Assembly (NCBI GenBank): GCA_965205975.1
Contig: OZ242195.1
Span: 1,600,001 to 1,664,000 of the forward strand
Direction of reading: 5' to 3'
From: Candidatus Latescibacterota bacterium
GTDB taxonomy: Bacteria > Latescibacterota > UBA2968
DNA: 64,000 nt
A model generated the notes under the pieces. The model was not told the DNA's origin. It ran no database searches and was given only the letters and a program-made list of their open reading frames with translations. Every line of letters begins with the position of its first letter. Positions within the stretch are counted from its first letter, which is position 1. Shown here piece by piece: positions 48,007 through 58,721 of the stretch. Made by a program: the position numbers and the translations under genes.

Positions 48007-49077
48007 GTGCGTATTTTGAGCCGCTATGTCGTCGTCCAATTTGCAATGCCCCTTGGCGTCAGTTTGATGGCTTTTGCCGTTGTTTTTGTCGTCATTGACC
48101 TGGTAGATCGCCTCAGCGCATTTATAGACCGCGAAGTGGGCCTGGGAACAATTCTATCTTATTATCTCTGTTATTTGCCATATATTGTCGTCCTCGTGCT
48201 TCCAATGGCGGTCTTGCTCGCGGGGTTGTTCTGTATGGGCGGGCTGATACAGCGCGGAGAATTGCTGGCAATGAAAAGTGCCGGCATAAGTCTTTATCAA
48301 GTCGTGATTCCATTGCAAATGCTGGCTCTTGGAATCAGTCTTTTGGCTGCTGCGATGGCCGATCAAGTCGTACCGCGAGCAAATCGGGCACGATCGAAAA
48401 TTGAACAACCGCGTCAATCGGCAATCGGGCCTCAGTCCGTCCGCGTACAGGTCGCGCTGCGAGATACGGGCAGACGCGTTTTCTCAATGGTAGAATACGA
48501 CGCCACGGCTATGAAAGGGCGGCAGGTCGTCCTCGACAAACATGAAGGCGGGGTGCTCACAGAGCGCATTCGCGCCGAAGAAGCTATTTGGGCCACCTCA
48601 GAATGGCATTTTATGAATGGAGATCGGCGCGTATTTTTAGATGGAAAAGAATTTTATCGCGCATTTCGCGTGTGGGCGGCAAAAGATGTAACCCTGACGC
48701 CCGAAGACCTCGTCCGCGATGTCGTGCCCGAAGATCAGATGACGTATTCCGAACTGACGGACTTTATCCATCGCAAAGCGCGCAACGGCAGTCAGACGCT
48801 TCGAGAATCTGTGGCGCTCCACATGCGATTGGCCTTTCCATTTGCGAACTTCGTTATTGCCCTTTTTGGCCTGCCTCTGGCCTCTCGTATGCGACGAACA
48901 GGACGCCCCATTCAAATTGGCATGTGCTTGCTTATCTGCTTTGCATTTTACGGATGTATTCAACTCGGGCGCGCCATGGGTTGGAACGATGTGCTATCCC
49001 CTGCCTGGAGCGCGTGGGGCGCAAATGCGATCTTTGGCACAATCGGGATAATCACGCTTCTCACAACGCGCAAATAG
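48007..49077 (+). CDS. lptG: LPS export permease LptG family
   Basis: GTG start 48007; ILSRYV, GELLAMKSAGISL, RLAFPFANFV, SAWGANAIF. Confidence 0.86.
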   Translation: MRILSRYVVVQFAMPLGVSLMAFAVVFVVIDLVDRLSAFIDREVGLGTILSYYLCYLPYIVVLVLPMAVLLAGLFCMGGLIQRGELLAMKSAGISLYQVVIPLQMLALGISLLAAAMADQVVPRANRARSKIEQPRQSAIGPQSVRVQVALRDTGRRVFSMVEYDATAMKGRQVVLDKHEGGVLTERIRAEEAIWATSEWHFMNGDRRVFLDGKEFYRAFRVWAAKDVTLTPEDLVRDVVPEDQMTYSELTDFIHRKARNGSQTLRESVALHMRLAFPFANFVIALFGLPLASRMRRTGRPIQIGMCLLICFAFYGCIQLGRAMGWNDVLSPAWSAWGANAIFGTIGIITLLTTRK

Positions 49078-49103
49078 TTAATACCTCAACATCTGAGGAC
49101 CAC

Positions 49104-50561
49104 ATGTCTGAAAAATACAATATTCTCTTGATGATCTCCGATCAGCACAGCAAATATCACATTGGTGCTTATGGAGACCCTCTCGTGCGTACGCCCAATC
49201 TCAACCAACTCGCAGAAAACGGTACGCGCTTTACCAGCGCGTACTGCGCCTCACCCGTTTGCGTACCCAGTCGCATGTCATTTATGACGTGTCGCACACC
49301 TTCGGCCAATCGCGTGTGGAATAACAATCATTTGCTACACTCGGGCATTCCCACCTGGGCACATGCCATGGGACTGGCCGGGTATGAAACATCGCTTATT
49401 GGGCGGATGCACTTCAACGGCCACGACCAGCGACACGGCTTTGAAAATCGGCCTTTCGGAGAATACGGTGCCATACATCCGGGTGCAAACAGGCGGGGCG
49501 TACCCCTCTTTAAAAGCATTTCAACGGCGACCACCGGACAAAATCGCACAGCCGTCGAAATAGCCGGACGAGGATATGGCTCGTACCATGTCTTTGATGA
49601 AATGGTCGCGGAAAGAACCAGCTCGTATCTGCGCCACAAAGCGAAAAATCCAGGCAATCGTCCCTTTGCTGCTGTGGCGGGATTTCTTTTACCTCACTGT
49701 CCCTTCATCGCGCACAAAGAGCTTTTTGATTATTACTACGACCGCGTCGATATCCCTCAACACACGCCCAATGAACCCGGACCTATTCGCAAATTCAAAC
49801 AGATTCGCGGCCTCTATCCCCCCCTCGACGAAGAACGCATCCGCGTTGCCCGCGCCGCTTATTTTGGCATGTGCGAATACCTCGACCTGCAAATCGGGCA
49901 CATCCTTCAGACCCTGCGGGAAACGGGCCTCGATCGCAACACTCTGGTCATTTATTGCTCGGACCACGGCGAAATGGCCGGGGAACACGGCTGCTGGTGG
50001 AAAAGCAGCTACTACGAAGGATCTGTTGGCGTCCCCCTCATCGCAAGTCTCCCCGGCGTGATCGCACCAAATGCGGAAAGCAACCAGATATGTAATCTGA
50101 TGGACATTGGCCCTACCCTGCTCGACATGGCAGATGGCGATCCCATGCCAGACATTCACGGATACTCACTCTGGTCACTACTTACAGGGCGAGGGGCAGG
50201 CGACCATCCCAACGAAACCTACAGCGAACACCTGGGGCAAGAAGGCATACCCTCGCGTATGATTCGAACGGGGCCCTGGAAATGTTACACATACCACGAC
50301 AATACCGCGCCCGTCCTCTACAACCTCGAAGACGATCCAGATGAAATGCGCGACCTGGGCAGCGATCCCAATTACGAACCCATCCGCGACCACCTCCTAT
50401 CCCGCATTTTTGAACACTGGGACCCCGAGTACGTACTCAAAGAAAGCGCGGATGCTGACCGCGATATACGCCTGATTACCCGCTGGGGACAGGCCATTCA
50501 ACCCACCTTGCCCGACAGCGTTCCAGTGCCCGATGACGCCGAAGATATTGAATGTCTGTGA
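49104..50561 (+). CDS. Formylglycine-dependent sulfatase (choline-sulfatase-like)
   Basis: RBS GAGG, ATG 49104; NILLMISDQH, CVPSR, GRMH, PHCP, SDHGEMAGEHG, YEGSVGVPLI. Confidence 0.92.
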   Translation: MSEKYNILLMISDQHSKYHIGAYGDPLVRTPNLNQLAENGTRFTSAYCASPVCVPSRMSFMTCRTPSANRVWNNNHLLHSGIPTWAHAMGLAGYETSLIGRMHFNGHDQRHGFENRPFGEYGAIHPGANRRGVPLFKSISTATTGQNRTAVEIAGRGYGSYHVFDEMVAERTSSYLRHKAKNPGNRPFAAVAGFLLPHCPFIAHKELFDYYYDRVDIPQHTPNEPGPIRKFKQIRGLYPPLDEERIRVARAAYFGMCEYLDLQIGHILQTLRETGLDRNTLVIYCSDHGEMAGEHGCWWKSSYYEGSVGVPLIASLPGVIAPNAESNQICNLMDIGPTLLDMADGDPMPDIHGYSLWSLLTGRGAGDHPNETYSEHLGQEGIPSRMIRTGPWKCYTYHDNTAPVLYNLEDDPDEMRDLGSDPNYEPIRDHLLSRIFEHWDPEYVLKESADADRDIRLITRWGQAIQPTLPDSVPVPDDAEDIECL

Positions 50562-50761
50562 AGCGAGTTGTCGGTTGTCAGCCCCAACCGCCCAACCCCG
50601 GTATGGCGGTGCGGGGTAACTGACTACTTTTATTTTAAGTGACAAATGATTCTTTTTTACTTTACTTAACATCCCGAAATTATTCGCTACCGCATTATAC
50701 ACCTTTTGACTGAACAGTTCTGCGAGATGTCTCGGTCATTATTTTTTTCGAGGGCATATTT

Positions 50762-53569
50762 ATGCAACGCAAGTTTTTAATCCCAACAATATTTGTCATT
50801 GTCATTGGGTTTGGGTGGTTATCATCGTATTACACCGATTGGCTGTGGTTCTCGAGTCTCGATTTTCAGGCTGTCTTCTGGACCACCCTGAAAGCGCGTT
50901 TCCTGTCTGGCATATTTTTCGGTCTGATTGCCGCTGTGGTCATTGGAATCAATCTCCACTATGTCGGTCGATTCACCCGCTCCGCGCTCGAAGCAGACGC
51001 CTCACTTTATGAAGGTGAAATGCCCGGCGCAAGCCTGTTGCGCTCAAATACTGGCTATTTGTTAATCGCCGCCGTTCTCGTCCTCATTATGGGCAATGTC
51101 GGATCCTCACAATGGCCCACCCTGTTGCGTTACTGGTACGGTGGTTCATTTGGCACTTCCGATCCCATTTTTGGACGCGATGTTGGATTTTATGTCTTTG
51201 AATTGCCCTTTTACCAGTTTACAGTCGGTTTCCTCATCGGCACAGTAATCGTATCAGCCCTGGCATCAGGGGTTATTTACATGGCCACAGGCGGTATTCG
51301 CTTGCAGGAACGCATTCAGGTCATGCCGCGTCCCGTCGCACACCTGTCTGCCCTTGCCGGGCTATTCTTACTGTTTTCGGCTATCAATTATTACCTCAAA
51401 ATTTATGGCTTGCTCTATTCTCCAGGCGATGTCTTTTTCGGTGCTGGATTTGTCGATGTCAACGTTCAACGCTGGATATACTGGCTCCTCATCATTGCTT
51501 TTGTCGCAACTGGCATCATGCTCTTGCGAAACATCAAAGCACGTGAAGCACGCCCGCTTCTCATCGGTGTTGGCGTCTTTCTCATTGGAACCATCGGACT
51601 GGGCAGTATCCCGGGTGCAATTGTGCAAAAACTCATCGTAGATCCCACCGAACTTCAGCGCGAAAGCCCCTACATCAAGAATAACATCGAATTCACGCGA
51701 AAAGCTTACGCGCTCGACAGAATTGTGGAACAACCCTTTGAAGCATCCGAGAACCTCACCGCAGCAGACATCGCCGCCAATCCTTTGACCATTCGCAACA
51801 TCCGCATCTGGGATGAACGCCCAATGGTGCAAACCTATCAGCAGGTTCAAGAAATCCGTCCCTATTATGTTTTTCCCAGTGTTGACGTGGACCGCTACAC
51901 CGTTGACGGCGTGTATCGACAAGTCATGCTCTCGGGCCGTGAACTCGACACCAATCGCCTGCCTGCCCAGGCGCGCAACTGGGTCAATGAAACCCTGCAA
52001 TACACACACGGGTACGGCGTTGCCATGAGCCCGGTTACGCAAGTCACTCCCGAGGGCTTGCCAGAGTTTATGGTCAAAGATATCCCCCCGGTATCCGAAT
52101 GGGCAGAGCTACAGATTTCCCGTCCGGAAATCTACTATGGCGAACGCACCTACGGCAACGTAGTCGTCAAAACCAGCGCCGAAGAATTTGACTATCCCAA
52201 GCGCGATGGCAATGCATTTACCACTTATGAAGGCAATGGCGGAGTCCCCATGGGAAATTTCATCAACCGCCTGGCATTCACCATTCGCATGATGGATCCC
52301 AATTTGCTCTTGAGTAGCTACATCCTATCCGAAAGCAAAATCATGTACCACCGGCAGATCGCCCAACGCGCCCGCGAGATCGCGCCCTTCCTCTTCTTCG
52401 ACTCCGATCCCTATCTCGTTATCTCCGAAGGCCGTCTGTACTGGATCTTAGATGCGTACACAACCACCAACATGTATCCCTATTCCAAACGCATGGGTCG
52501 GTCGCAGATCAACTACATCCGCAATTCGGTCAAGGTCGTCATGGATGCCTATCACGGTTCTGTCACCTTTTACCAGGCTGAAGATGAACCCGTGATTGCC
52601 GCTTATGCCGCGATATTCCCCACCCTGTTCAAATCAATTGACACCATGCCTGCTGATTTGCGCGCCCATGTGCGGTATCCCGTTGACCTCTTCCGCATTC
52701 AAGCGACGATGTATCGCGAATATCACATGCAGGAAGTGCAGGTGTTTTACAACCAGGAAGACCTGTGGGAAATCCCAAATGAAATCTATGGCCAAAACGA
52801 CCGCACACAGCCGATGGAACCGTACTATATCATCGTCAAATTCCCCGGCGAACAACGCGAAGAATTTCTGCTGCTCGTGCCCTTCACACCCGCCCAAAAG
52901 GACAACATGATCGGCTGGCTTGCCGCGCGATGCGACGGGGAAAACTACGGCGACTTGCTGGTCTATACCTTGCCCAAAGAAAAACTCATCTTCGGTCCCA
53001 TGCAACTCGAAGCCCGCATTGACCAGCAACCAGATATATCGAGTCAACTCACCCTGTGGGGACAGGGCGGCTCCGAAGTCATTCGCGGCAACCTTCTCGC
53101 CGTGCCCATCGAATCATCTTTCCTATACGTTGAACCCATCTACCTCCAAGCCCGCCAGGAATCCGAGCAATTCCAACAACAGGGTTTTGAGGGCGAAGGC
53201 GGTGGACAGCCTCAGCAAGGACAACCACCGCGTCAACTCCAGCAAAGCACAGCCATCCCCGAACTCAAGCAGGTGATCGTTGCATTTGGTGGACAGGTCA
53301 TCATGCGCGATACATTTGAAGAGGCTCTCAACGAACTGTTTGGCTCTGGCGCGGGGAAAACCCTGGAATCCCCAGGTTCCGAAGAAACACCCGCGACCAC
53401 ATCAGAACAGCCCGCTGAACGCACCGCAGTAGCGTTGGCCTCAGAAGCTGATATGCAATTCCAGCGCGTGCGGGAATCGCTTCAAAAGTGGGATTGGACA
53501 ACCGCGGGCGAAGCGATGAAACAGTTGGAACAATCGATTCTCGAATTGAAAAAAACACTGGAGCAATAA
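50762..53569 (+). CDS. UPF0182 family membrane protein
   Basis: YTDWLWF, DPIFGRDVGFYVFELP, NIRIWD, YTHGYG, RPEIYYGE, NYIRNSVK, GNLLAVP. Confidence 0.93.
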   Translation: MQRKFLIPTIFVIVIGFGWLSSYYTDWLWFSSLDFQAVFWTTLKARFLSGIFFGLIAAVVIGINLHYVGRFTRSALEADASLYEGEMPGASLLRSNTGYLLIAAVLVLIMGNVGSSQWPTLLRYWYGGSFGTSDPIFGRDVGFYVFELPFYQFTVGFLIGTVIVSALASGVIYMATGGIRLQERIQVMPRPVAHLSALAGLFLLFSAINYYLKIYGLLYSPGDVFFGAGFVDVNVQRWIYWLLIIAFVATGIMLLRNIKAREARPLLIGVGVFLIGTIGLGSIPGAIVQKLIVDPTELQRESPYIKNNIEFTRKAYALDRIVEQPFEASENLTAADIAANPLTIRNIRIWDERPMVQTYQQVQEIRPYYVFPSVDVDRYTVDGVYRQVMLSGRELDTNRLPAQARNWVNETLQYTHGYGVAMSPVTQVTPEGLPEFMVKDIPPVSEWAELQISRPEIYYGERTYGNVVVKTSAEEFDYPKRDGNAFTTYEGNGGVPMGNFINRLAFTIRMMDPNLLLSSYILSESKIMYHRQIAQRAREIAPFLFFDSDPYLVISEGRLYWILDAYTTTNMYPYSKRMGRSQINYIRNSVKVVMDAYHGSVTFYQAEDEPVIAAYAAIFPTLFKSIDTMPADLRAHVRYPVDLFRIQATMYREYHMQEVQVFYNQEDLWEIPNEIYGQNDRTQPMEPYYIIVKFPGEQREEFLLLVPFTPAQKDNMIGWLAARCDGENYGDLLVYTLPKEKLIFGPMQLEARIDQQPDISSQLTLWGQGGSEVIRGNLLAVPIESSFLYVEPIYLQARQESEQFQQQGFEGEGGGQPQQGQPPRQLQQSTAIPELKQVIVAFGGQVIMRDTFEEALNELFGSGAGKTLESPGSEETPATTSEQPAERTAVALASEADMQFQRVRESLQKWDWTTAGEAMKQLEQSILELKKTLEQ

Positions 53570-53591
53570 TCGCTCCCCATTTTCTCAGTTC

Positions 53592-53633
53592 AAACATGGA
53601 TAGACGGGATTATTCTGTCTATCCATGTTTTTT
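53592..53633 (+). terminator. Rho-independent terminator
   Basis: Stem aaacatggatagacggga / ttctgtctatccatgttt, followed by Ts. Confidence 0.75.
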
Positions 53634-53656
53634 ACAACTTCACAGAAAGGAAAAAA

Positions 53657-54634
53657 ATGGCTGTAAAAATCGGATTTATCGGAACTGGCGGCATTTCGCG
53701 CCCCCACCGGAAACATCTCAAAAATATGGATGACGTGGAAGTGGTGGCAATGTGCGATTTGGAAGAAGACCGCGTCGCAGAAGCCGCCGAAGAATGGAAT
53801 GCAGTTGTCTATACAGATTACAAAACAATGCTCGAAAACGAAGAAATGGACGCGCTATACGTATGCATTCCGCCCTTTGCACACGAAGACCAGGAAATCA
53901 TGGCCGCCGAAAAAGGCATTGCCCTCTTCGTAGAAAAACCCGTGTCTGTCACAATGGAAAAAGCCCGCGAAGTCGATGCGGCCATTCGAAAAAACAATGT
54001 GGTATCGTGTGTTGGATTTCAAGGGCGCTATTTAGATATTATCGCTCAGACAAAAGATCTGCTCAAAGATCGCCCCGTTGGCATGGCAATGGGATACTGG
54101 ATGGGCGGCATGCCGCAAGTGCCCTGGTGGCGGCGCAAAGAAATGTCGGGTGGGCAGGCCGTTGAGCAAACCATTCACGTCACCGATACGGCGCGGTATC
54201 TCTTTGGCGACGTAAAATCCGTCTATGCGGCAGGGCGCACGGGGTTAATGACCGACGTGCCCGACTACAACATCGAAGACAGCAGTGCAGCCACACTCGT
54301 CTTTGAAAATGGCCTGGCCGCCACCATCTTCTCCGCGTGTTTTCTATCAGGAGGACGGGGCAGAGGCGGCATTGACATCTTCACCAAAGACATGAACATC
54401 GAATATCGAGAGCGCAGATCCATTACCATCATTCAAGATGGCAATTCAGAACTGGTCGAAGTGCAAAACGATTACTGGCAAGAAATGGACAATGACTTTA
54501 TAGATGCCGTGCGAAAAGGCGACGACTCATCACTCAAAACCACCTATTCCGATGCCGTCAAAACACAAGAAGTCGTCATGGCCGTAAATCGTTCAATAGA
54601 AACGGGTGAAGTCGTTCAAATATCGGATATGTGA
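53657..54634 (+). CDS. Gfo/Idh/MocA family oxidoreductase
   Basis: IGFIGTGGIS, CIPPFAH, FVEKP, EQTIHVTD. Confidence 0.92.
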   Translation: MAVKIGFIGTGGISRPHRKHLKNMDDVEVVAMCDLEEDRVAEAAEEWNAVVYTDYKTMLENEEMDALYVCIPPFAHEDQEIMAAEKGIALFVEKPVSVTMEKAREVDAAIRKNNVVSCVGFQGRYLDIIAQTKDLLKDRPVGMAMGYWMGGMPQVPWWRRKEMSGGQAVEQTIHVTDTARYLFGDVKSVYAAGRTGLMTDVPDYNIEDSSAATLVFENGLAATIFSACFLSGGRGRGGIDIFTKDMNIEYRERRSITIIQDGNSELVEVQNDYWQEMDNDFIDAVRKGDDSSLKTTYSDAVKTQEVVMAVNRSIETGEVVQISDM

Positions 54635-54638
54635 GGCA

Positions 54639-55778
54639 TCACTGTAAAAACCGCTCGAGGCGATATCGTCTCAAAAAATCTATCCGAGCGCCATCCAAAA
54701 TCTCAATCGCCGCGCATTCGCCAATTAAAGGCGCGAGCGTCACCCCGCTGTGGGTCACAGACAAATAGAGATTTGGAATCCGCTGAGAAAATCCGAGAAT
54801 CGGGTGACCGTCCTTTGGAATTGGCCGTCGCCCGCGTCGGACCTCGCGCACGGGCACGCCTTCAATTGCAGGTAAAAAACGCGCCACCGCATCGACCACT
54901 CGCTGCACTTCTCGATCATCCTGCCCAAGCGAACCGCCATCGTACACCCGACCGTGTGCCCCGCCGTGAAGCATCACCGAACCATTGGGCAACTGCCTGA
55001 CATTGGTCTGCGGGGGACAATCTCGCGGCGAATGCACCACCGATACATTTTCAAAAACAGGTGGCACAGGCTCTGTCAAAATCGTACATCCAAATGTGTA
55101 ATACATAGGCACATCAACATCTGCCATTGCCGCGAGATCTGCCGTATCTGCTCCCCCTGCAAGCACAACCGCATCACACGCAATCTCTCCCCCATCAGTC
55201 ACCACAGCCGCTATATCCGACCCCGAACGCGCCAGCCCTGTGACGCGCGTTTCAAAAAAAATATCCGCATCCCATTCCTTTAACCGTTCAACACATGCCC
55301 CAACAACAGCCCCCGTATCCGCGTGTCCTTCTATATCCGTATAAGAAGTTGCCGTCACAACGCCGGGTGTCAAACGCGGCTCTAATGATTCAACATCCTC
55401 CCCATTCAACAGACGGATGGGATATCCCCACGACTGCAAAATGCCCGCGCGATTCACAATTTCCCGCGCGCCATCATCCGTAGATGCCCACCGCAATTCA
55501 CCACCCCATGTCGCACTTTGCGGGATACCCAGTCGCTCGACAAACCGCGTCCACATATCCAGCGAGCGCCGGTTGAAAAGGTGATAATGTCTGGGATTTT
55601 TGTCGCGTGCGTTCATCCAGGCAAAAGATACAGCAGTTGCCGGTTGAATAGTTGATCCCTTCCCGGGTTCACCCGCATCGATCAACGTGACCTTTGCGCC
55701 GCGTCTCGCCAGATGAAATGCGATTGATACCCCCACGATACCCGCACCAATCACAGCGATATTTGAAAAATTGTTCAC
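54639..55778 (-). CDS. FAD-dependent oxidoreductase (DAO/glycine oxidase family)
   Basis: IAVIGAGIVG, RPIPKDGHPILG, HSGVTLAP; GTG 55778 follows GGGGAG (alternative ATG 55799). Confidence 0.9.
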   Translation of the reverse strand: MNNFSNIAVIGAGIVGVSIAFHLARRGAKVTLIDAGEPGKGSTIQPATAVSFAWMNARDKNPRHYHLFNRRSLDMWTRFVERLGIPQSATWGGELRWASTDDGAREIVNRAGILQSWGYPIRLLNGEDVESLEPRLTPGVVTATSYTDIEGHADTGAVVGACVERLKEWDADIFFETRVTGLARSGSDIAAVVTDGGEIACDAVVLAGGADTADLAAMADVDVPMYYTFGCTILTEPVPPVFENVSVVHSPRDCPPQTNVRQLPNGSVMLHGGAHGRVYDGGSLGQDDREVQRVVDAVARFLPAIEGVPVREVRRGRRPIPKDGHPILGFSQRIPNLYLSVTHSGVTLAPLIGECAAIEILDGARIDFLRRYRLERFLQ

Positions 55779-55803
55779 TCGCCTCTCCCCTTTAACCATA
55801 CAG

Positions 55804-55836
55804 AAAACGGGTTCGCCTTTTGTGGTAAACCCGTGT
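55804..55836 (-). terminator. Probable terminator after the TA operon
   Basis: Minus strand acgggtttacc-acaaaa-ggcgaacccgt, followed by ttt. Confidence 0.55.
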
Positions 55837-55875
55837 TATTCAGCTATTTAATACTTATAAATGAACAAAACTCAA

Positions 55876-56223
55876 TTAAAGAAATTGAATATTGTTTTTC
55901 ATTTCTTCAGCAGATATTATCTGTATTAAATTTATTACGCGCCTTATTTGTTCTCCAATAGAGTAGCGTTGCCGATAAACCACGATAATGCCCGCATGGT
56001 TTTTCCCTTGAGCGATAAATTCTGTGTGAAGCTGACAAAAATGACCGACATTAAATGTATAGATTACTCGCCCTTGCTGTGTTGCATATTCAAGTTGAGC
56101 CTCATCACTTTGTCCCAACATTCCTTCTTCAAATACGGTCTTTAAATCCACATTCCGAGCGCGAAGCCCGCTGACAAATGCACGAGCCATCGCATCTTCA
56201 TCTATATACAACCTGATGGGCAT
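55876..56223 (-). CDS. DUF5615 family PIN-like toxin (VapC45-like)
   Basis: RLYIDED, SDEAQLEYA, RVIYTFNVGHF, HAGII; directly follows the DUF433 gene. Confidence 0.88.
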   Translation of the reverse strand: MPIRLYIDEDAMARAFVSGLRARNVDLKTVFEEGMLGQSDEAQLEYATQQGRVIYTFNVGHFCQLHTEFIAQGKNHAGIIVVYRQRYSIGEQIRRVINLIQIISAEEMKNNIQFL

Positions 56224-56514
56224 TTAAACCGGCCTTGATATTTGCTTGTGTGCTTGTTCAAGCTGGTCAGATTTTTTTTCCTCAGTCGCCAAAGACGCTT
56301 CTACTTCTTCTTTGTTTGCGTGGTAATACGCCAATGCCGTATAGACTTGCGATAGCGTCAAATGTGGATATTGATCTGCTATTTCTTCCGGGCTATACCC
56401 TTGTTTATACCACACGACGAGTTGATTTACTGTCATGCGCGTACCATCTATGCGTAAATGTCCACCACATATATCCGGGTCTTTAACCAGTAAAGTGCCA
56501 ATTTCTATACTCAT
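56224..56514 (-). CDS. DUF433 family antitoxin
   Basis: DPDICGGHLRIDGTRMTV...GYSPEEIADQYPHLTLSQVYTALAYY. Confidence 0.92.
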   Translation of the reverse strand: MSIEIGTLLVKDPDICGGHLRIDGTRMTVNQLVVWYKQGYSPEEIADQYPHLTLSQVYTALAYYHANKEEVEASLATEEKKSDQLEQAHKQISRPV

Positions 56515-56681
56515 AGTGCTAACCTGTATTTTTTCTTGCCGACACGATTATGATAGTATGACGTAATAGACAACAGGAGGTTCCTGTGTTATTTGATATT
56601 AGTCCAAACAAAAGGAACCTCCCATGTGCATGATAGATCAAAATACATTTACATGTATTGAAATATCAAAAAATCAACCGG

Positions 56682-58229
56682 TTATTTATACACCGTCAAC
56701 TCCCCCGCCTTGTAACGCGCCCAGTATTCTTTGAGCACAGCCTTGATCTGTGGACTCAAGATAACGCCGCCAATAATATTCGGGAACGCCATGCCCAAAA
56801 TCATCATGTCTGAAAAATCGAGAACATTCTTTAACGCAGTGACCGATCCAATGAACACAAAGCAAACAAAAATAATGCGATACGCCAGAATAGATTTCAT
56901 ACCAAAAAGATATTCCCATGCACGCTCGCCGTAATAGGACCAGGAGATCATCGTCGAATACGCAAAAAGCATCACGGCAACCGCGAGCACATAACGCGCC
57001 CCGGGAATAAACGAATCAAATGCCGCAGCCGTCATTTTGGCACCAACTACCCAGTCTGACTGACCTTGAAACTCTGCAAGCTGATATGCACCAGTGATCA
57101 TACAAACCAATGCCGTCATCAAACATATAATAATGGTATCGATAAAAGGCCCGATCATCGCGACCATACCTTCACGCGCGGGTTCATCAGTTTTGGCTGC
57201 TGCGTGGGCAAATGCCGCAGAACCCAGACCAGCCTCATTGGAAAAAGCCGCCCGCTTAACCCCGTTAACCAATACCCCAATAAATCCACCATACATAGCC
57301 TCTGGGGTAAATGCCTGTGAAATAATAGTCGCAATAAGAGCGGGAACTTCTGTAATGTGGGATAAAATAACCAGAATAGCTGTAAGAACGTATAACCCGC
57401 ACATAAAAGGTACGATGCGCGATGTTACATTGCCAATGCGCTTGATGCCACCAATGATGACAATGGCTACAAATGACGCCATAATAATACCCATCAGCCA
57501 GTTATATGTTATAAAGCTCTCTGATACTGTGCTGAGAATTTCAAGGGTCTGGTTGGCTTGAAACATATTGCCGCCACCCAGAGAACCGCCAATCGTCAGA
57601 ATCGCAAAAATCACAGCGAATGTGCGCCCCAATGGCCTGAGGCCTTTTTCGCCAAGACCGTGTTCCAGATAATACATCGGGCCACCCGACACGCGACCAT
57701 CGGGATGGATTTTCCTGTGCATCACCGCCAGCGTACAGGACGCCAGCTTTGAAGCCATGCCAAAAAACGCCATGCCAATCATCCAGAAAACCGCACCAGG
57801 TCCCCCCAGACTTATCGCAATTGCAACCCCAGCGATATTTCCCAACCCCACTGTCGCAGACAGCGCACTGGTCAGTGCCTTAAAGTGCGAAATTTCACCC
57901 GGGTGATCGGGATGGTCATACCTCCCGCGAATCACGTCAACCGAATGTTTGAAACCGCGCAGCGTAATCCATCCAAAATAAAAAGAGTAATAGACGCCAC
58001 CACCAAACAAGACAACGACAATGAGAGGAATATTTGTACCGAAATCCTGAAATAAAACATTGCCCAAAAACCCGACAACCGTACCCAGGTGTTCATTCAA
58101 AGCCATTGTAAATGCTTTAATTCCTCCCGGCGATTCACCCGACGATGCTTCCTGTGCAAATGCATAACCGACTACAGACAGACCCAGAAGCCAGGCAAAC
58201 CAAAAAAACGTGCGATTCTTGAAAGACAT
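56682..58229 (-). CDS. Alanine/glycine:cation symporter (AGCS family)
   Basis: RBS AAGGAG, ATG 58229; ALSATVGLGNIAGVA, GGPGAVFW, GGPMYY, FSNEAGLGS, FAYSTMISWSYYG. Confidence 0.94.
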   Translation of the reverse strand: MSFKNRTFFWFAWLLGLSVVGYAFAQEASSGESPGGIKAFTMALNEHLGTVVGFLGNVLFQDFGTNIPLIVVVLFGGGVYYSFYFGWITLRGFKHSVDVIRGRYDHPDHPGEISHFKALTSALSATVGLGNIAGVAIAISLGGPGAVFWMIGMAFFGMASKLASCTLAVMHRKIHPDGRVSGGPMYYLEHGLGEKGLRPLGRTFAVIFAILTIGGSLGGGNMFQANQTLEILSTVSESFITYNWLMGIIMASFVAIVIIGGIKRIGNVTSRIVPFMCGLYVLTAILVILSHITEVPALIATIISQAFTPEAMYGGFIGVLVNGVKRAAFSNEAGLGSAAFAHAAAKTDEPAREGMVAMIGPFIDTIIICLMTALVCMITGAYQLAEFQGQSDWVVGAKMTAAAFDSFIPGARYVLAVAVMLFAYSTMISWSYYGERAWEYLFGMKSILAYRIIFVCFVFIGSVTALKNVLDFSDMMILGMAFPNIIGGVILSPQIKAVLKEYWARYKAGELTVYK

Positions 58230-58319
58230 GTAAACTCCTTTGTTTGGTAAGGCACCTGTAAATGGACTTTCTCGCTTGCACAAACATTAAATAAACAATG
58301 CAACCTTAACCCTCTTAGC

Positions 58320-58721
58320 CTATATGCAGAATGTGTAAGTGCCGTTGAAGTTCATCGTGAAGACGCCCCGACACAGCACATCGCGCCCCAACAACATTTG
58401 ATAGGGAGACTGTATAGCCTGAGCAAATTCCAGCATTTGCAGACTGGGCAACACTATCGGTGGATTAAATGGCAGCAACAAATCCACGATATATTGATTA
58501 ACTGGCTCTGCGCCGGTAGCCGACACCATAGGTTGCTTGCCCACAGGCTGTACACCTATCGCTGTGGCCGCCGAGGCTGCTATACACGTACAGGATGCAC
58601 CGGTATCCATCAAGGCGGCGAACCATCTAACCTGCCCTTGGACAGCCGTACCGGGGAGGGCTATCCCCACATTTGCCATCGGCCCCAACTCGGTTTTATA
58701 TTCCCCGGTGAAACACGGCAT
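58320..58721 (-). CDS. Retropepsin-like aspartyl protease
   Basis: ALMDTGASCTCI and MLLGRDVL motifs; probable ATG 58721 overlaps the upstream gene by 26 nt. Confidence 0.85.
   Translation of the reverse strand: MPCFTGEYKTELGPMANVGIALPGTAVQGQVRWFAALMDTGASCTCIAASAATAIGVQPVGKQPMVSATGAEPVNQYIVDLLLPFNPPIVLPSLQMLEFAQAIQSPYQMLLGRDVLCRGVFTMNFNGTYTFCI

Noticed and set aside
48588..49103. N-terminal extension of the sulfatase ORF
   Set aside because: Overlaps lptG; the RBS and family start motif support ATG 49104.
50566..50620. Two small hairpins after the sulfatase as a REP/MITE or riboswitch
   Set aside because: Single occurrence in the window and no recognisable family features.
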